A DNA stretch of 64,000 bases from contig OZ271918.1 in assembly GCA_965602015.1 (NCBI GenBank), positions 928,001-992,000 of the forward strand, written 5' to 3'. Below are positions 10,654 to 19,180 of the stretch, piece after piece. The position numbers were made by a program, and so were the translations under genes. Within the stretch, counting starts at the first letter, position 1. Every line of letters starts with the position of its first letter. Source of the stretch: Salinispira sp. (GTDB taxonomy: Bacteria; Spirochaetota; Spirochaetia; DSM-27196; Salinispiraceae). The notes beneath the pieces were generated by a model. The model saw nothing but the letters and a program-made list of their open reading frames with translations, made no database searches and had not been told where the DNA came from.

Positions 10654-10934
10654 GTATCGTCCTCTATACGAAGGGCCGACGGCAGTTTCCCCAGGCCGGA
10701 TTTTACCGTGATTCCCGGAATCCGCCCGAGCTGACCGGTGAGGCTTCCCAGCTCATCGGTGCTGCCGTGGATAATCAGGGTGATAATCGCAAGTCGGTTT
10801 TCATCCAAATGGGGAAGCCCCATCCGCCCGAGAATAATCTCGCTGTGCCGTTCCAGGATGTTCTGGATTTTACCTCCCGCCTTGAGCTCTCGCGGGATAA
10901 TGATGCCCACAAATCCGTACCGTTTTTCTGTCAT
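10650..10934 (-). CDS. TM1266-family iron-only hydrogenase system putative regulator
   Basis: IILGRMGLP...LTGQLGRIPGITVKS pattern; located inside the hyd operon. Confidence 0.88.
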   Translation of the reverse strand: MTEKRYGFVGIIIPRELKAGGKIQNILERHSEIILGRMGLPHLDENRLAIITLIIHGSTDELGSLTGQLGRIPGITVKSGLGKLPSALRIEDDT

Positions 10935-12040
10935 GATGTTAGCTCCTTGGCTGAGGCTTTTTCATTCTTCCGCCGTTCAAAAAAATGCAGAGGGTCGCCC
11001 CATTCATCCCGGGCCACCTCCCTGCTGGTGCTGGCAACCCGGCTCAGCAGGCAGTCCCGGCAGTCCTCGGTCCTGTCGTCCAGGCATGGTTTGCCGTCGT
11101 AGAGTTGGTAATCCCGTCTGGTAGCAGCCGGTGTCACCAGGGGCATGAGGACGTTTGCTCCGGATTTTAAGCCCATTTCCCTTCCCATCGGATGTATTGC
11201 CTGGAGCGCAGTCGTTGCGGCGATATTTGCCGAGGGTATGGCCAGTCGCATTACCGCCGTCATTTTTAGGGTCATGGCGAGGCGGATTTTATCATCCCAC
11301 AGTTCGGGAAAACCGTGCATTGCCGATGCATGGTGGGGAAGGTAGGGCCCCATGCCGATCATGTCTATTCCCCTCTCCTTGAGAAAGAGAACGTCATCGG
11401 CCAGATCTGCAATGCTCTGACCGGGAATGCCGATCATTACGCCGCTGCCCACCTGATATCCGATTGCCTGAAGTGTTTCGAGACAGCGGACCCGGTCTTT
11501 CCAGTCGTCGGCTGGAGGGTGGATTCGGGCATACAGTGTTGGGTTGGAAGTTTCTATTCGCAGTAAATAGCGGTGAGCTCCTGCCAGGAAAAGCCGCCGG
11601 TAATCCTCCGGCTTTTGTTCGCCGATGCACAGGGTAATGCCCAGGCCGTCGGGAAGACGGGGATGTTTTCCGGCTGATTTTACGGCTTGCAGCATTCTGA
11701 TGGCGAAGTCGATGGATTCCCGGTCCCGGGTCTCGCCGCCCTGCAGAGTGAGCGAACCGTAGCCGTTGTCGGCAACCCAGGCAGCCACCTGCTCAATTTC
11801 CTCGATTGACAGCCGGTAACGGCGAACCGCCGAATTGGAACGGCGAATGCCGCAGTAAAGGCAGTCCCGGGCGCAGCGGTTCGAATATTCCAGCAATCCT
11901 CGGTAGTATACCTTCTCACCAACGGTGCGCTTCATGGTTTCATATGCCCACCGTTGCAGACGCTCCAGATCTGCCGGGTCGGTTAATGACAGCAGTTCTA
12001 TAATTTCCGCGCGGCTTAAGCTGGTCCTAACCCCGCTCAT
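10931..12040 (-). CDS. hydE: [FeFe]-hydrogenase maturation radical SAM protein HydE
   Basis: RGLLEYSNRCARDCLYCGIR, RYLLRIET, MIGMGPY, YQLYDGKPC, plus C-terminal CX7CX2C. Confidence 0.95.
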   Translation of the reverse strand: MSGVRTSLSRAEIIELLSLTDPADLERLQRWAYETMKRTVGEKVYYRGLLEYSNRCARDCLYCGIRRSNSAVRRYRLSIEEIEQVAAWVADNGYGSLTLQGGETRDRESIDFAIRMLQAVKSAGKHPRLPDGLGITLCIGEQKPEDYRRLFLAGAHRYLLRIETSNPTLYARIHPPADDWKDRVRCLETLQAIGYQVGSGVMIGIPGQSIADLADDVLFLKERGIDMIGMGPYLPHHASAMHGFPELWDDKIRLAMTLKMTAVMRLAIPSANIAATTALQAIHPMGREMGLKSGANVLMPLVTPAATRRDYQLYDGKPCLDDRTEDCRDCLLSRVASTSREVARDEWGDPLHFFERRKNEKASAKELTS

Positions 12041-13527
12041 AAATAGAGGTCCCGTTTTCCCCTGCAGGTCTCTGCGTACATGGGCTTGAATTTGCCCTGG
12101 TATTGAGGGAGCTCCCGACCTATGGAAGACAGCTCGCGTCGAATCAGCGCCTCCCCTTTCTTCCGAATGTCATCGCCTGCAAAATCGTCCAGCCACTCCC
12201 GGAAGGTGATGACCGCATTGAGCTTGCAAAACTCCGCCTCATGGCATCCCCTGAGCAGCTTCATTATCCGCTCTCCGGTTCTGCCGATGCGGTAGCCGGC
12301 GGTGCAAAAACTCGTAATGTGACCCCTGTCTGCCAGATCGCCAATGAGCTCCTCCAGGCTTCTGGTGTCTCCCAGCTCGAACTGCTGCTTCGAAACATCC
12401 TGCTTCGTATCATTGATTTCGCTGTATGCCCCGAGACCGATTCGGGTGGACGCATCCATTTGGGTGACTCCGGATTCCAGGGCCGAATTTCTGATATGTG
12501 CCGGCTCCCTGGCGGTAATTATCATACCAGTGTAGGGAACCGCGAGGCGGATGATGCTGATTATTTTTTGAAAATCCTCGTCGCTGACCCTATAATCCAG
12601 GTTCTTCAGGAACGGGGCATTATCCGCCGTCTCCAGCCGGGGGAAACTAATTGTGTGGGGGCCGATTTTGTTGTACCGGCTCTCAAGTTCCCTGCTGTGA
12701 TGAATCAGGCCCATCAGTTCAAAACGCCAGTCGTAGAGGCCGAGTAACGCTCCGATGCCCACATCGTCAATGCCGGCGTCCATAGCCCGGTGCATGGCAT
12801 AAAGCCGCCAGAGATAGTTCCCTTTTACGCTTCCTGCAGGATGGACCGTTTCATAGGTCTTTTGATGATAGGTCTCCTGAAAAACCTGATAGGTTCCCAC
12901 TCCTACCCGTTGAAGCCGGGTCAGTTTTTCAATATCCATCGGCGCCGCATTCACATTGACCCGGCGGATACTTGCCTTGCCCTTACGGGTAGGCATTTCA
13001 ACATTGTAGATCGTGTCTATGCTCTCTTCGATGTAGTCGATGTCCGACCGGGGATCTTCGCCGTACACTACAATGAGGCGTTTGTGACCGAGATGTCCTG
13101 CCAAGGCCTCGGTTTCCCTCCGCACTTCGTCCATCGAAAGGCTTCGTCTGGGCATGCGGGTGTTTTCATCCCGAAAGCCGCAATATTTGCAGGCATTTAC
13201 GCAATAATTCGACAGGTACAAGGGGGCGAAAGTGACAATCCTGTTATCGTACACCTTGTTTTTCACCGTAAGCGCTGCATCGCGCATTTCTGCAAGGAGC
13301 TGCGGGTCTGAAACGCGAATAAGTGTCGCGGTTTCCTCAGGGGTGAGAGAGCAGATGCTCAAGCTTTTGGCGAGAATTTCCCGCACCCTTCCGGGTTCAG
13401 GAGCAGCAGCATAATTGATTTGATGCCAGATCTGCTGTTCGTCAATGAAGCTGCTGCTGTCGGGCCGCAGATATCTGGATATTTCGTCGGGCTTTATGAC
13501 CGATGAGACCCATTCCTTAACAGACAT
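12037..13527 (-). CDS. hydG: [FeFe]-hydrogenase maturation radical SAM protein HydG
   Basis: FAPLYLSNYCVNACKYC, FQETYH, GPHTISFPR, QFELGD, SFCTAGYR; GAGGAGG RBS. Confidence 0.95.
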   Translation of the reverse strand: MSVKEWVSSVIKPDEISRYLRPDSSSFIDEQQIWHQINYAAAPEPGRVREILAKSLSICSLTPEETATLIRVSDPQLLAEMRDAALTVKNKVYDNRIVTFAPLYLSNYCVNACKYCGFRDENTRMPRRSLSMDEVRRETEALAGHLGHKRLIVVYGEDPRSDIDYIEESIDTIYNVEMPTRKGKASIRRVNVNAAPMDIEKLTRLQRVGVGTYQVFQETYHQKTYETVHPAGSVKGNYLWRLYAMHRAMDAGIDDVGIGALLGLYDWRFELMGLIHHSRELESRYNKIGPHTISFPRLETADNAPFLKNLDYRVSDEDFQKIISIIRLAVPYTGMIITAREPAHIRNSALESGVTQMDASTRIGLGAYSEINDTKQDVSKQQFELGDTRSLEELIGDLADRGHITSFCTAGYRIGRTGERIMKLLRGCHEAEFCKLNAVITFREWLDDFAGDDIRKKGEALIRRELSSIGRELPQYQGKFKPMYAETCRGKRDLYL

Positions 13528-13714
13528 AGTTCCTCCTCAGAGGATATGGCAACGGAAAGAGCGAACGGAGGGGGGCAGTGCCCGTTTGTGTGGTACGGTC
13601 TCCGCATTGCTCAGTACCATATCGTCCTTGCAAGCGTTGTGGTTTCGAATCCTTTTGCGATCGGCCTCTTGCGGATGGTAATCCGAAAAAGCGGACAGCA
13701 ATCAGATAAGGAAA

Positions 13715-13743
13715 ATGGTAGAGAGATAACTTGCAGGTGTCAA
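13715..13743 (-). promoter_or_regulatory. Sigma70-type promoter of the hyd operon
   Basis: Minus strand TTGACA-N17-TACCAT, implying a leader of about 180 nt before hydG. Confidence 0.7.
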
Positions 13744-13746
13744 TAT

Positions 13747-13764
13747 TAGATAAATATATATCTA
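13747..13764. promoter_or_regulatory. Palindrome TAGATA-N6-TATCTA, candidate transcription factor site
   Basis: Perfect 6-bp arms directly upstream of the hyd -35 box, in the AT-rich divergent promoter region. Confidence 0.4.
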
Positions 13765-13805
13765 TAAAAAAATGATTTAAATTTCAATCTTCAATAAAAA
13801 ATCAA

Positions 13806-13834
13806 TTGACAGCCATAGTTAGTTGAGATAAACT
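13806..13834 (+). promoter_or_regulatory. Sigma70-type promoter of feoA
   Basis: TTGACA-N17-TAAACT. Confidence 0.75.
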
Positions 13835-13845
13835 TCATTTCGAAA

Positions 13846-13865
13846 CTGTTAGCACGGACTAACAG
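13846..13865. promoter_or_regulatory. Candidate DtxR/MntR-family operator CTGTTAG-N6-CTAACAG
   Basis: Perfect 7-bp inverted arms between the promoter and the feoA RBS. Degenerate copies at 13817-13834 and 14166-14181. A DtxR-family gene lies in the same cluster. Confidence 0.65.
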
Positions 13866-13882
13866 CTTAATGGAGGCGAACC

Positions 13883-14143
13883 ATGACATTGGCCAATGCG
13901 ACTGCCGATTCCACATATATCATTTCATCTGTTCAGCCTGACGAAGCGGGCATGAAGGATTTTTTGTTCACCCTGGGTTGCTATCCCGGCGAGAAGATTA
14001 CCGTGTTGTCCCGGCTTTCGGGCAACCATATCGTGAATGTGAAGAACTCCCGGTACAGTCTGGACAGCCGGCTCGCCGAAGCGATTCATCTGGCATCAAA
14101 CTCCAGCATGCCGGAATACGATTCCGTGTTAAAAGTCGGGTAA
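13883..14143 (+). CDS. feoA: Ferrous iron transport protein A
   Basis: FLFTLGCYPGEKITVLS...VKNSRYSLD FeoA pattern; GGAGG RBS; upstream of feoB. Confidence 0.92.
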   Translation: MTLANATADSTYIISSVQPDEAGMKDFLFTLGCYPGEKITVLSRLSGNHIVNVKNSRYSLDSRLAEAIHLASNSSMPEYDSVLKVG

Positions 14144-14156
14144 TCCGGCTTTTTTT
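14131..14156 (+). terminator. Intrinsic terminator-like hairpin at the end of feoA
   Basis: AAAAGTCGG-GTAAT-CCGGCTTTT followed by further T residues. Confidence 0.5.
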
Positions 14157-14222
14157 ACCCAGAAAGTTAGCCTTGTATAACAAACCAGAAACCAGTACCA
14201 GGTTTTCCCTTAGGAGATATAT

Positions 14223-16235
14223 ATGCGAATAGCGTTAACCGGCAATCCGAACTGCGGAAAAACGACCCTGTTCAATGCCATCACCGGCAAGGTGGAACAT
14301 GTGGGCAACTGGCCCGGCGTCACCGTCGAAAAGAAGGAAGGCAGCGTAAAGGACGAACTGAACCCCGTCCGGATTCCTCTGACCGTCGTCGACCTTCCCG
14401 GCGCCTACTCCATGTCCGCCTACACCAGTGAAGAGTCCATAACCAGCGAGTTCGTTAACAACGAATCGCCGGATGTCATCGTCAACATAGTTGATGCGAC
14501 CAATCTGAACAGGAGCCTGTTTTTTACCACTCAGCTCCTGGAACTTGGCATCCCGGTGGTCGTCGCGGTGAATAAAAGCGATGTGAGCGCAAAACAAAAC
14601 ATCATTATCGATACCCAGCTCCTGAGCGAATCGCTGAGCTGTCCGGTAATCGAAACCGTTGCCACCAAGGGCAAAAACAACGGCCTGGGAGACCTCATCG
14701 AGGCGGTGGTCCTGGTGAAAAAAGAAGGGAATCGGCAAAAAGCCGTCGCCATACGCGGCGCCAAATCCGCCGACAGTGCAGAAAAAATGGAAGTCGTTGA
14801 CGCCCGGCGATACGATTTCGTTAACGATCTTGTCGAGCAGGCAGAGCGCCGCAAGATCGATTCGTCCAAGCAAACGGTGCAGGACCGCTTTGACCGCATC
14901 GTCGCTCATAAATGGCTGGGACTGCCGATTTTTGCCGGCGTCATCTACCTGGTATTTTCTATTTCCCAAACCTGGGTCGGGCCCTGGCTGGCTGATCTGC
15001 TGGTGGGTTGGATCGATTCGTTCTACGGCTTCGTTGAGGGCCTCATGGGCGATTCGGTCAGCCCCCTGTTAAGCGCACTGCTGCTGGACGGAATTATCGG
15101 CGGTGTCGGAGCGGTGGTCGGATTTCTGCCGCTCATAATGGTGCTCTTTTTTATGCTTGCCCTCCTCGAGGACTCGGGCTACATGAGCCGGGTAGCGGTG
15201 ATTATGGACCGCTTCTTCAAGCGGATCGGCCTATCGGGCAAGTCAATTATCCCGATGATCGTTTCAACCGGCTGCGCCATACCGGGCATCATGGCCACGC
15301 GAACCATCAAGAATGAACGGCAGCGCCGGACTACCGCCATGCTCGCTCCCTTTATGCCCTGCGGCGCAAAGCTGCCGATCATCGCACTGTTCGCCGGGGT
15401 GTTCTTCGGTGATCAGGCCTGGGTGGGAACATCCATGTATTTCCTGGCGATTTTTGTCATCGTCCTCAGCGGCCTCATTATCCGGAGAATCACCGGCGAT
15501 ACCTCCCAGTCATATTTTATTATGGAACTGCCTGAATACCGTCTGCCGAGCGTGAAGCGGGCTGCGGTATCCATGTTGTTTCGCGGAAAGGCATTTATCA
15601 TCAAGGCCGGTACGGTAATCCTTATCTGTAACGCCATTGTTCACATACTTCAAACGTTCACCTGGAGCTTTGCTCCGGTGGCCGAAGGCATGGCCGAGAC
15701 CAGCATCCTCGCCGGCCTTGCTTCCCCATTGGCCTTCCTGTTCATACCCCTTGGTTTCGGGCTCTGGCAGTTCGCCGCTGCGGCCATTACCGGCTTTATT
15801 GCTAAGGAAAATGTGGTGGGCACCCTTGCGGTAACCTTCGCGGTAACCAACTTCATAAACGTGGAGGAGCTGGCGCTGGTGGGCGGTTCTGCAGAAGTGC
15901 TGGGGGTATTCGGCATCGGCGCGGTTGCCGCCATGTCATACCTGGTGTTCAACCTCTTTACTCCTCCGTGTTTCGCCGCCATCGGATCGATGAACTCGGA
16001 AATGGAAGATCCGAAATGGGTCTGGGGGGCAGTGGGCTTCCAGCTGGGAATGGGCTACGTTCTTGCGTTCCTGGTGTATCAGATCGGCACCCTCATCAGC
16101 ACCGGTTCCCCGGGAAGCGGTTTTCTTCCCGGTCTGATTGCCGTAACCCTTATGGCCGGTCTTGTGGCGTATCTCATGCGACGCGGAAGCCGAAGCGTGA
16201 AACTTGAGCTGGCCAGCGTGGCGGCAGGAGAATAA
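14223..16235 (+). CDS. feoB: Ferrous iron transporter B
   Basis: GNPNCGKT, GNWPGVTVE, DLPG, NKSD GTPase motifs; LEDSGYM, PCGAKLP, MELPEY, PPCFAAI in the membrane domain. Confidence 0.97.
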   Translation: MRIALTGNPNCGKTTLFNAITGKVEHVGNWPGVTVEKKEGSVKDELNPVRIPLTVVDLPGAYSMSAYTSEESITSEFVNNESPDVIVNIVDATNLNRSLFFTTQLLELGIPVVVAVNKSDVSAKQNIIIDTQLLSESLSCPVIETVATKGKNNGLGDLIEAVVLVKKEGNRQKAVAIRGAKSADSAEKMEVVDARRYDFVNDLVEQAERRKIDSSKQTVQDRFDRIVAHKWLGLPIFAGVIYLVFSISQTWVGPWLADLLVGWIDSFYGFVEGLMGDSVSPLLSALLLDGIIGGVGAVVGFLPLIMVLFFMLALLEDSGYMSRVAVIMDRFFKRIGLSGKSIIPMIVSTGCAIPGIMATRTIKNERQRRTTAMLAPFMPCGAKLPIIALFAGVFFGDQAWVGTSMYFLAIFVIVLSGLIIRRITGDTSQSYFIMELPEYRLPSVKRAAVSMLFRGKAFIIKAGTVILICNAIVHILQTFTWSFAPVAEGMAETSILAGLASPLAFLFIPLGFGLWQFAAAAITGFIAKENVVGTLAVTFAVTNFINVEELALVGGSAEVLGVFGIGAVAAMSYLVFNLFTPPCFAAIGSMNSEMEDPKWVWGAVGFQLGMGYVLAFLVYQIGTLISTGSPGSGFLPGLIAVTLMAGLVAYLMRRGSRSVKLELASVAAGE

Positions 16236-16236
16236 A

Positions 16237-16458
16237 ATGAGTGTGGCCGACCTGCTGGTGCTTTTGTTGATCGTTTCGTTACTCGCATCGGCGGGGTATA
16301 AGCTCTACCGCGATCGGCGTCGGGCCAGAGCGGCCGGTGGTGAAATGCTGCCCGTATGCGTCGGCTGCCCAATCGCGGCCCAGTGCCGGAAAGAAAACGC
16401 GAGCTGCGCCGATCATCACAAGCAAAAACCCGTGGCATCAAGCTTCTCATGTCATTAG
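16237..16458 (+). CDS. FeoB-associated Cys-rich small membrane protein
   Basis: ATG 1 nt after the feoB stop; one TM helix, then CVGCPIAAQC...C...C. Confidence 0.8.
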   Translation: MSVADLLVLLLIVSLLASAGYKLYRDRRRARAAGGEMLPVCVGCPIAAQCRKENASCADHHKQKPVASSFSCH

Positions 16459-16505
16459 GTATTATGTAGGCATTCTTCATCAGGAGAAAGGCGTAAAAAA
16501 TGCAG

Positions 16506-16537
16506 AAACGAGAGGGTTTGCGCCCTCTCGTTTTTTT
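16506..16537 (+). terminator. Rho-independent terminator of the feoB unit
   Basis: AAACGAGAGGG-TTTGCG-CCCTCTCGTTT with a T7 tract. Confidence 0.85.
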
Positions 16538-16608
16538 CTTCCCTGTGGTACCGTTACTTCTGTGGCGGGCATGTAGTTGGCGTGGGTTAATTGAGGAGAG
16601 TAACGTCG

Positions 16609-16998
16609 ATGAACGACATCGGTGAATACAGCGAATCCATAGAAATGTATCTGGAAACCATACTCGACTTATCGAATGAGGACGCTGAAGTGCATTCAGT
16701 CGACGTTGCAAAAAAACTTGAGGTATCAAAGCCCAGCGTCAACCGGGCCTTGGGCATTCTCAAGGACGACGGGCTGATAAACCACGAGCGTTACGGCAGC
16801 ATCACCTTGACCGAGGACGGGCGGGCGGTAGCCGAGGATGTAAGGCAGCGTCATGATTACATTAAAGCTTTTTTAATTCAGTCGCTTAATCTCGATCCGG
16901 TTCTCGCCGAAAAGGATGCCTGCCGGATGGAGCATATCCTGTCTCCCGAAACCCTCAGAGCTATTAAGGCCCTTGTTAACCGGCGGCAGTCCAAATGA
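16609..16998 (+). CDS. DtxR/MntR-family metal-dependent repressor
   Basis: SIEMYLETI, HTH VDVAKKLEVSKPSV, ITLTEDG, RH, DACRMEH; GAGGAG RBS. Confidence 0.93.
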   Translation: MNDIGEYSESIEMYLETILDLSNEDAEVHSVDVAKKLEVSKPSVNRALGILKDDGLINHERYGSITLTEDGRAVAEDVRQRHDYIKAFLIQSLNLDPVLAEKDACRMEHILSPETLRAIKALVNRRQSK

Positions 16999-17045
16999 CT
17001 GCGTTTTAGATCGTCAGATTTCTGCCGCCTATCCCCTCCAGACAA

Positions 17046-18107
17046 TCAGAATGCGTAAAAAACCTGTAGTTCGAAGGGTGTGAACATCGACTCATCCATC
17101 TTTTCTCCAAGAGAGAGAATACTCAAGCGTCCCCCGATCTGCACCAGGTCCAGGATGTTGAGGTACAGGGCCGCTCCGTGGCTGACTATTATGCCGCTGT
17201 AATCCGCATTCTCGTAATAGTAGCCGACGTCGGTGAACAGGAGGAAGCTGGGAGTAATAAACAGGAAAGCGATGGCCGGCGCCGTCAGTCCAAAACGGAT
17301 GTCAGTCCGGTTTGAGACAACGAAGGGGACGGCGAAACGGGGGGTTTCTATCCCCCGTACTCCGATATCCTTCGAAAGGCCTTCCTCTACCGGCGCGCTA
17401 CCGTACCACAAGTAGCGCATCCCGGTACTATTGGCCAGATATGAGGAAAAGATGTTGTTTCCCGCTTCGGGTTCCGCATTAAAAAGGGGGATATAGGCGT
17501 TTACCTGCAATGAACTGTGAACGTAATCCGCATAGGCATTTAGCGCCGATGGAGCATATTCAATTTCAGCCAGGGCTTCGACTCCCCGAATAACGCTGTA
17601 TGAGTTAGTTATGGCCTCATCATAGGTCAGGCTGAGCAGCAATGCGTGCTGCACAAAACTATCGGCTTCGGGAAGTCCCGCTTCCTGAATATATTTCCCG
17701 TCTAGATCTCCAAGGCCCGTAAAGTAATACCCCTGGTATTCAATGCCCGCTTCAAGAATGTCGTTGGCCTCATTCTTCGGAGGCAGAATTCCCTGGGCAA
17801 AACCACTTCGCCAGCTAATCTGAAGGCGATTGAACTCTGCCAATGACTCATCAAAATCAGAATCTCCCGGGAGGTAAAACGTGCCGTCCGGTCGGCGGTA
17901 ATACGAACTGTTGCCGTAGTTTACCTCGGTACCGATGAATACCCGGGAATCACGACCTTCGACGAGACCCAAACGGGCGAACCCAAGCTCAAGTTCCGCC
18001 GCCCAGAACTTTGACGGCGCTCCGGAAATGTAAAACTGAGGCTCGGAAACAAGCGATGCGCTTACGAAAAAAAACAGTACTGCGGTAAACAGAATGCGTT
18101 TGATCAT
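17046..18107 (-). CDS. Hypothetical exported protein, probable outer-membrane beta-barrel
   Basis: Signal peptide, aromatic amphipathic strands, C-terminal FELQVFYAF ending in Phe. Confidence 0.6.
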   Translation of the reverse strand: MIKRILFTAVLFFFVSASLVSEPQFYISGAPSKFWAAELELGFARLGLVEGRDSRVFIGTEVNYGNSSYYRRPDGTFYLPGDSDFDESLAEFNRLQISWRSGFAQGILPPKNEANDILEAGIEYQGYYFTGLGDLDGKYIQEAGLPEADSFVQHALLLSLTYDEAITNSYSVIRGVEALAEIEYAPSALNAYADYVHSSLQVNAYIPLFNAEPEAGNNIFSSYLANSTGMRYLWYGSAPVEEGLSKDIGVRGIETPRFAVPFVVSNRTDIRFGLTAPAIAFLFITPSFLLFTDVGYYYENADYSGIIVSHGAALYLNILDLVQIGGRLSILSLGEKMDESMFTPFELQVFYAF

Positions 18108-18211
18108 TATCGACTCTCCAAAGGTTGCGGGAATTAATACCGTTACTGGTATAGTGTACTACAGCTTTGGGCATTTGGGATGATACGCTGCCGTCTTCTG
18201 CCACGTACATG

Positions 18212-18784
18212 TTATTTCATCCTCGGCTTGAAAAGTTTCCACTTTTCTTCAGCTACTCCCTCATCCTGCATGAGTACTCTGGCCATGAGAAACAGGGTGT
18301 CGCTCAGGCGGTTTATGTATACCAGCATATACGGCATTACGCAGTTCGGATCAGCCTTTTTGAGGCTGATTACCCGTCGTTCTGCCCGACGGACGGCGGT
18401 TCGTACTACATGGCATTGTGCGGAAGCGACATTGCCGCCGGGCAGGAGAAACCAGTCCGATGCCTCATCCAGGGATTTTTCAAGCTCAAAACTCCACATT
18501 TCCAGGTAGCGCGGACCGTCCTGAGGGTGGGGCCGCGTATTAGTCCCCGACATGTCTCCCGGAGTTGCAAGATGGGACATAATTTCCATCATGTCCGTTT
18601 GGACCTTCTGAAGGCTCTCTTGCCATCTATGCTCCGGGCCAAGCCAGGCGCGAAGCAGGCCCAGGCCGCTGTTGAATTCATCTATTTCACCGAGACATTC
18701 GACCCGCACATCGTCCTTGTCTACCCGTAATCCGCCGCCCACGCCGGTCTGACCGGTATCGCCTTTTCCCGTCGATATATTCAT
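18212..18784 (-). CDS. pduO: Cob(I)alamin adenosyltransferase, PduO/MMAB type
   Basis: TGKGDTGQT, GEIDEFNS, FLLPGG, RTAVRRAER, YINRLSD. Confidence 0.93.
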   Translation of the reverse strand: MNISTGKGDTGQTGVGGGLRVDKDDVRVECLGEIDEFNSGLGLLRAWLGPEHRWQESLQKVQTDMMEIMSHLATPGDMSGTNTRPHPQDGPRYLEMWSFELEKSLDEASDWFLLPGGNVASAQCHVVRTAVRRAERRVISLKKADPNCVMPYMLVYINRLSDTLFLMARVLMQDEGVAEEKWKLFKPRMK

Positions 18785-18847
18785 GCGTTTAGCATATGAA
18801 TGGAAAGGGAAAATGTCACTAGCTGCGGAAATTGCTTGAGGCCTTGA

Positions 18848-18876
18848 TTGACAGAGAGGATGCTTGGGACTACGAT
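18848..18876 (+). promoter_or_regulatory. Sigma70-type promoter of the riboswitch-btu-cob transcript
   Basis: TTGACA-N17-TACGAT just 5' of the riboswitch. Confidence 0.75.
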
Positions 18877-18884
18877 GAACTCCT

Positions 18885-19087
18885 CATAGCATACGGTTTC
18901 CATCCGGTCCCTTAGGACCGAATGGACGAAGAGGGAAGCAGGTGCAATTCCTGCGCGGTCCCGCCACTGTGATAGAGGTTAGAATGCCCCTCCGCGGTCA
19001 CCCCGCGGCGGCACGCCACTGAGGCCAGGTCCTCGGGAAGGCGGCATTCCTGATTCCTCTCAGCCAGGAGACCTGCCGGATGATATG
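18885..19087 (+). ncRNA. Cobalamin (AdoCbl) riboswitch
   Basis: AAGAGGGAA-GCAGGTGCAATTCCTGC-GCGGTCCCGCCACTGT, GCCACTG...GGGAAGGC, and B12 box AGCCAGGAGACCTGCC; upstream of btuF. Ends approximate. Confidence 0.96.
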
Positions 19088-19180
19088 CCCAACGGGACCA
19101 CGGTGTATGGTTCCAGGGCCGGATCGCTTGTACCCACTGCATTCCGCCCAAAACCCATCTCATTTTAAAAGGATGCTGCC

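Noticed and set aside
13590..13625. NiCo, TPP or yybP-ykoY riboswitch in the hydG leader (CTGAGCA, GGAGACC fragments)
   Set aside because: Only short fragments match; the rest of each consensus and the junction architecture are missing.
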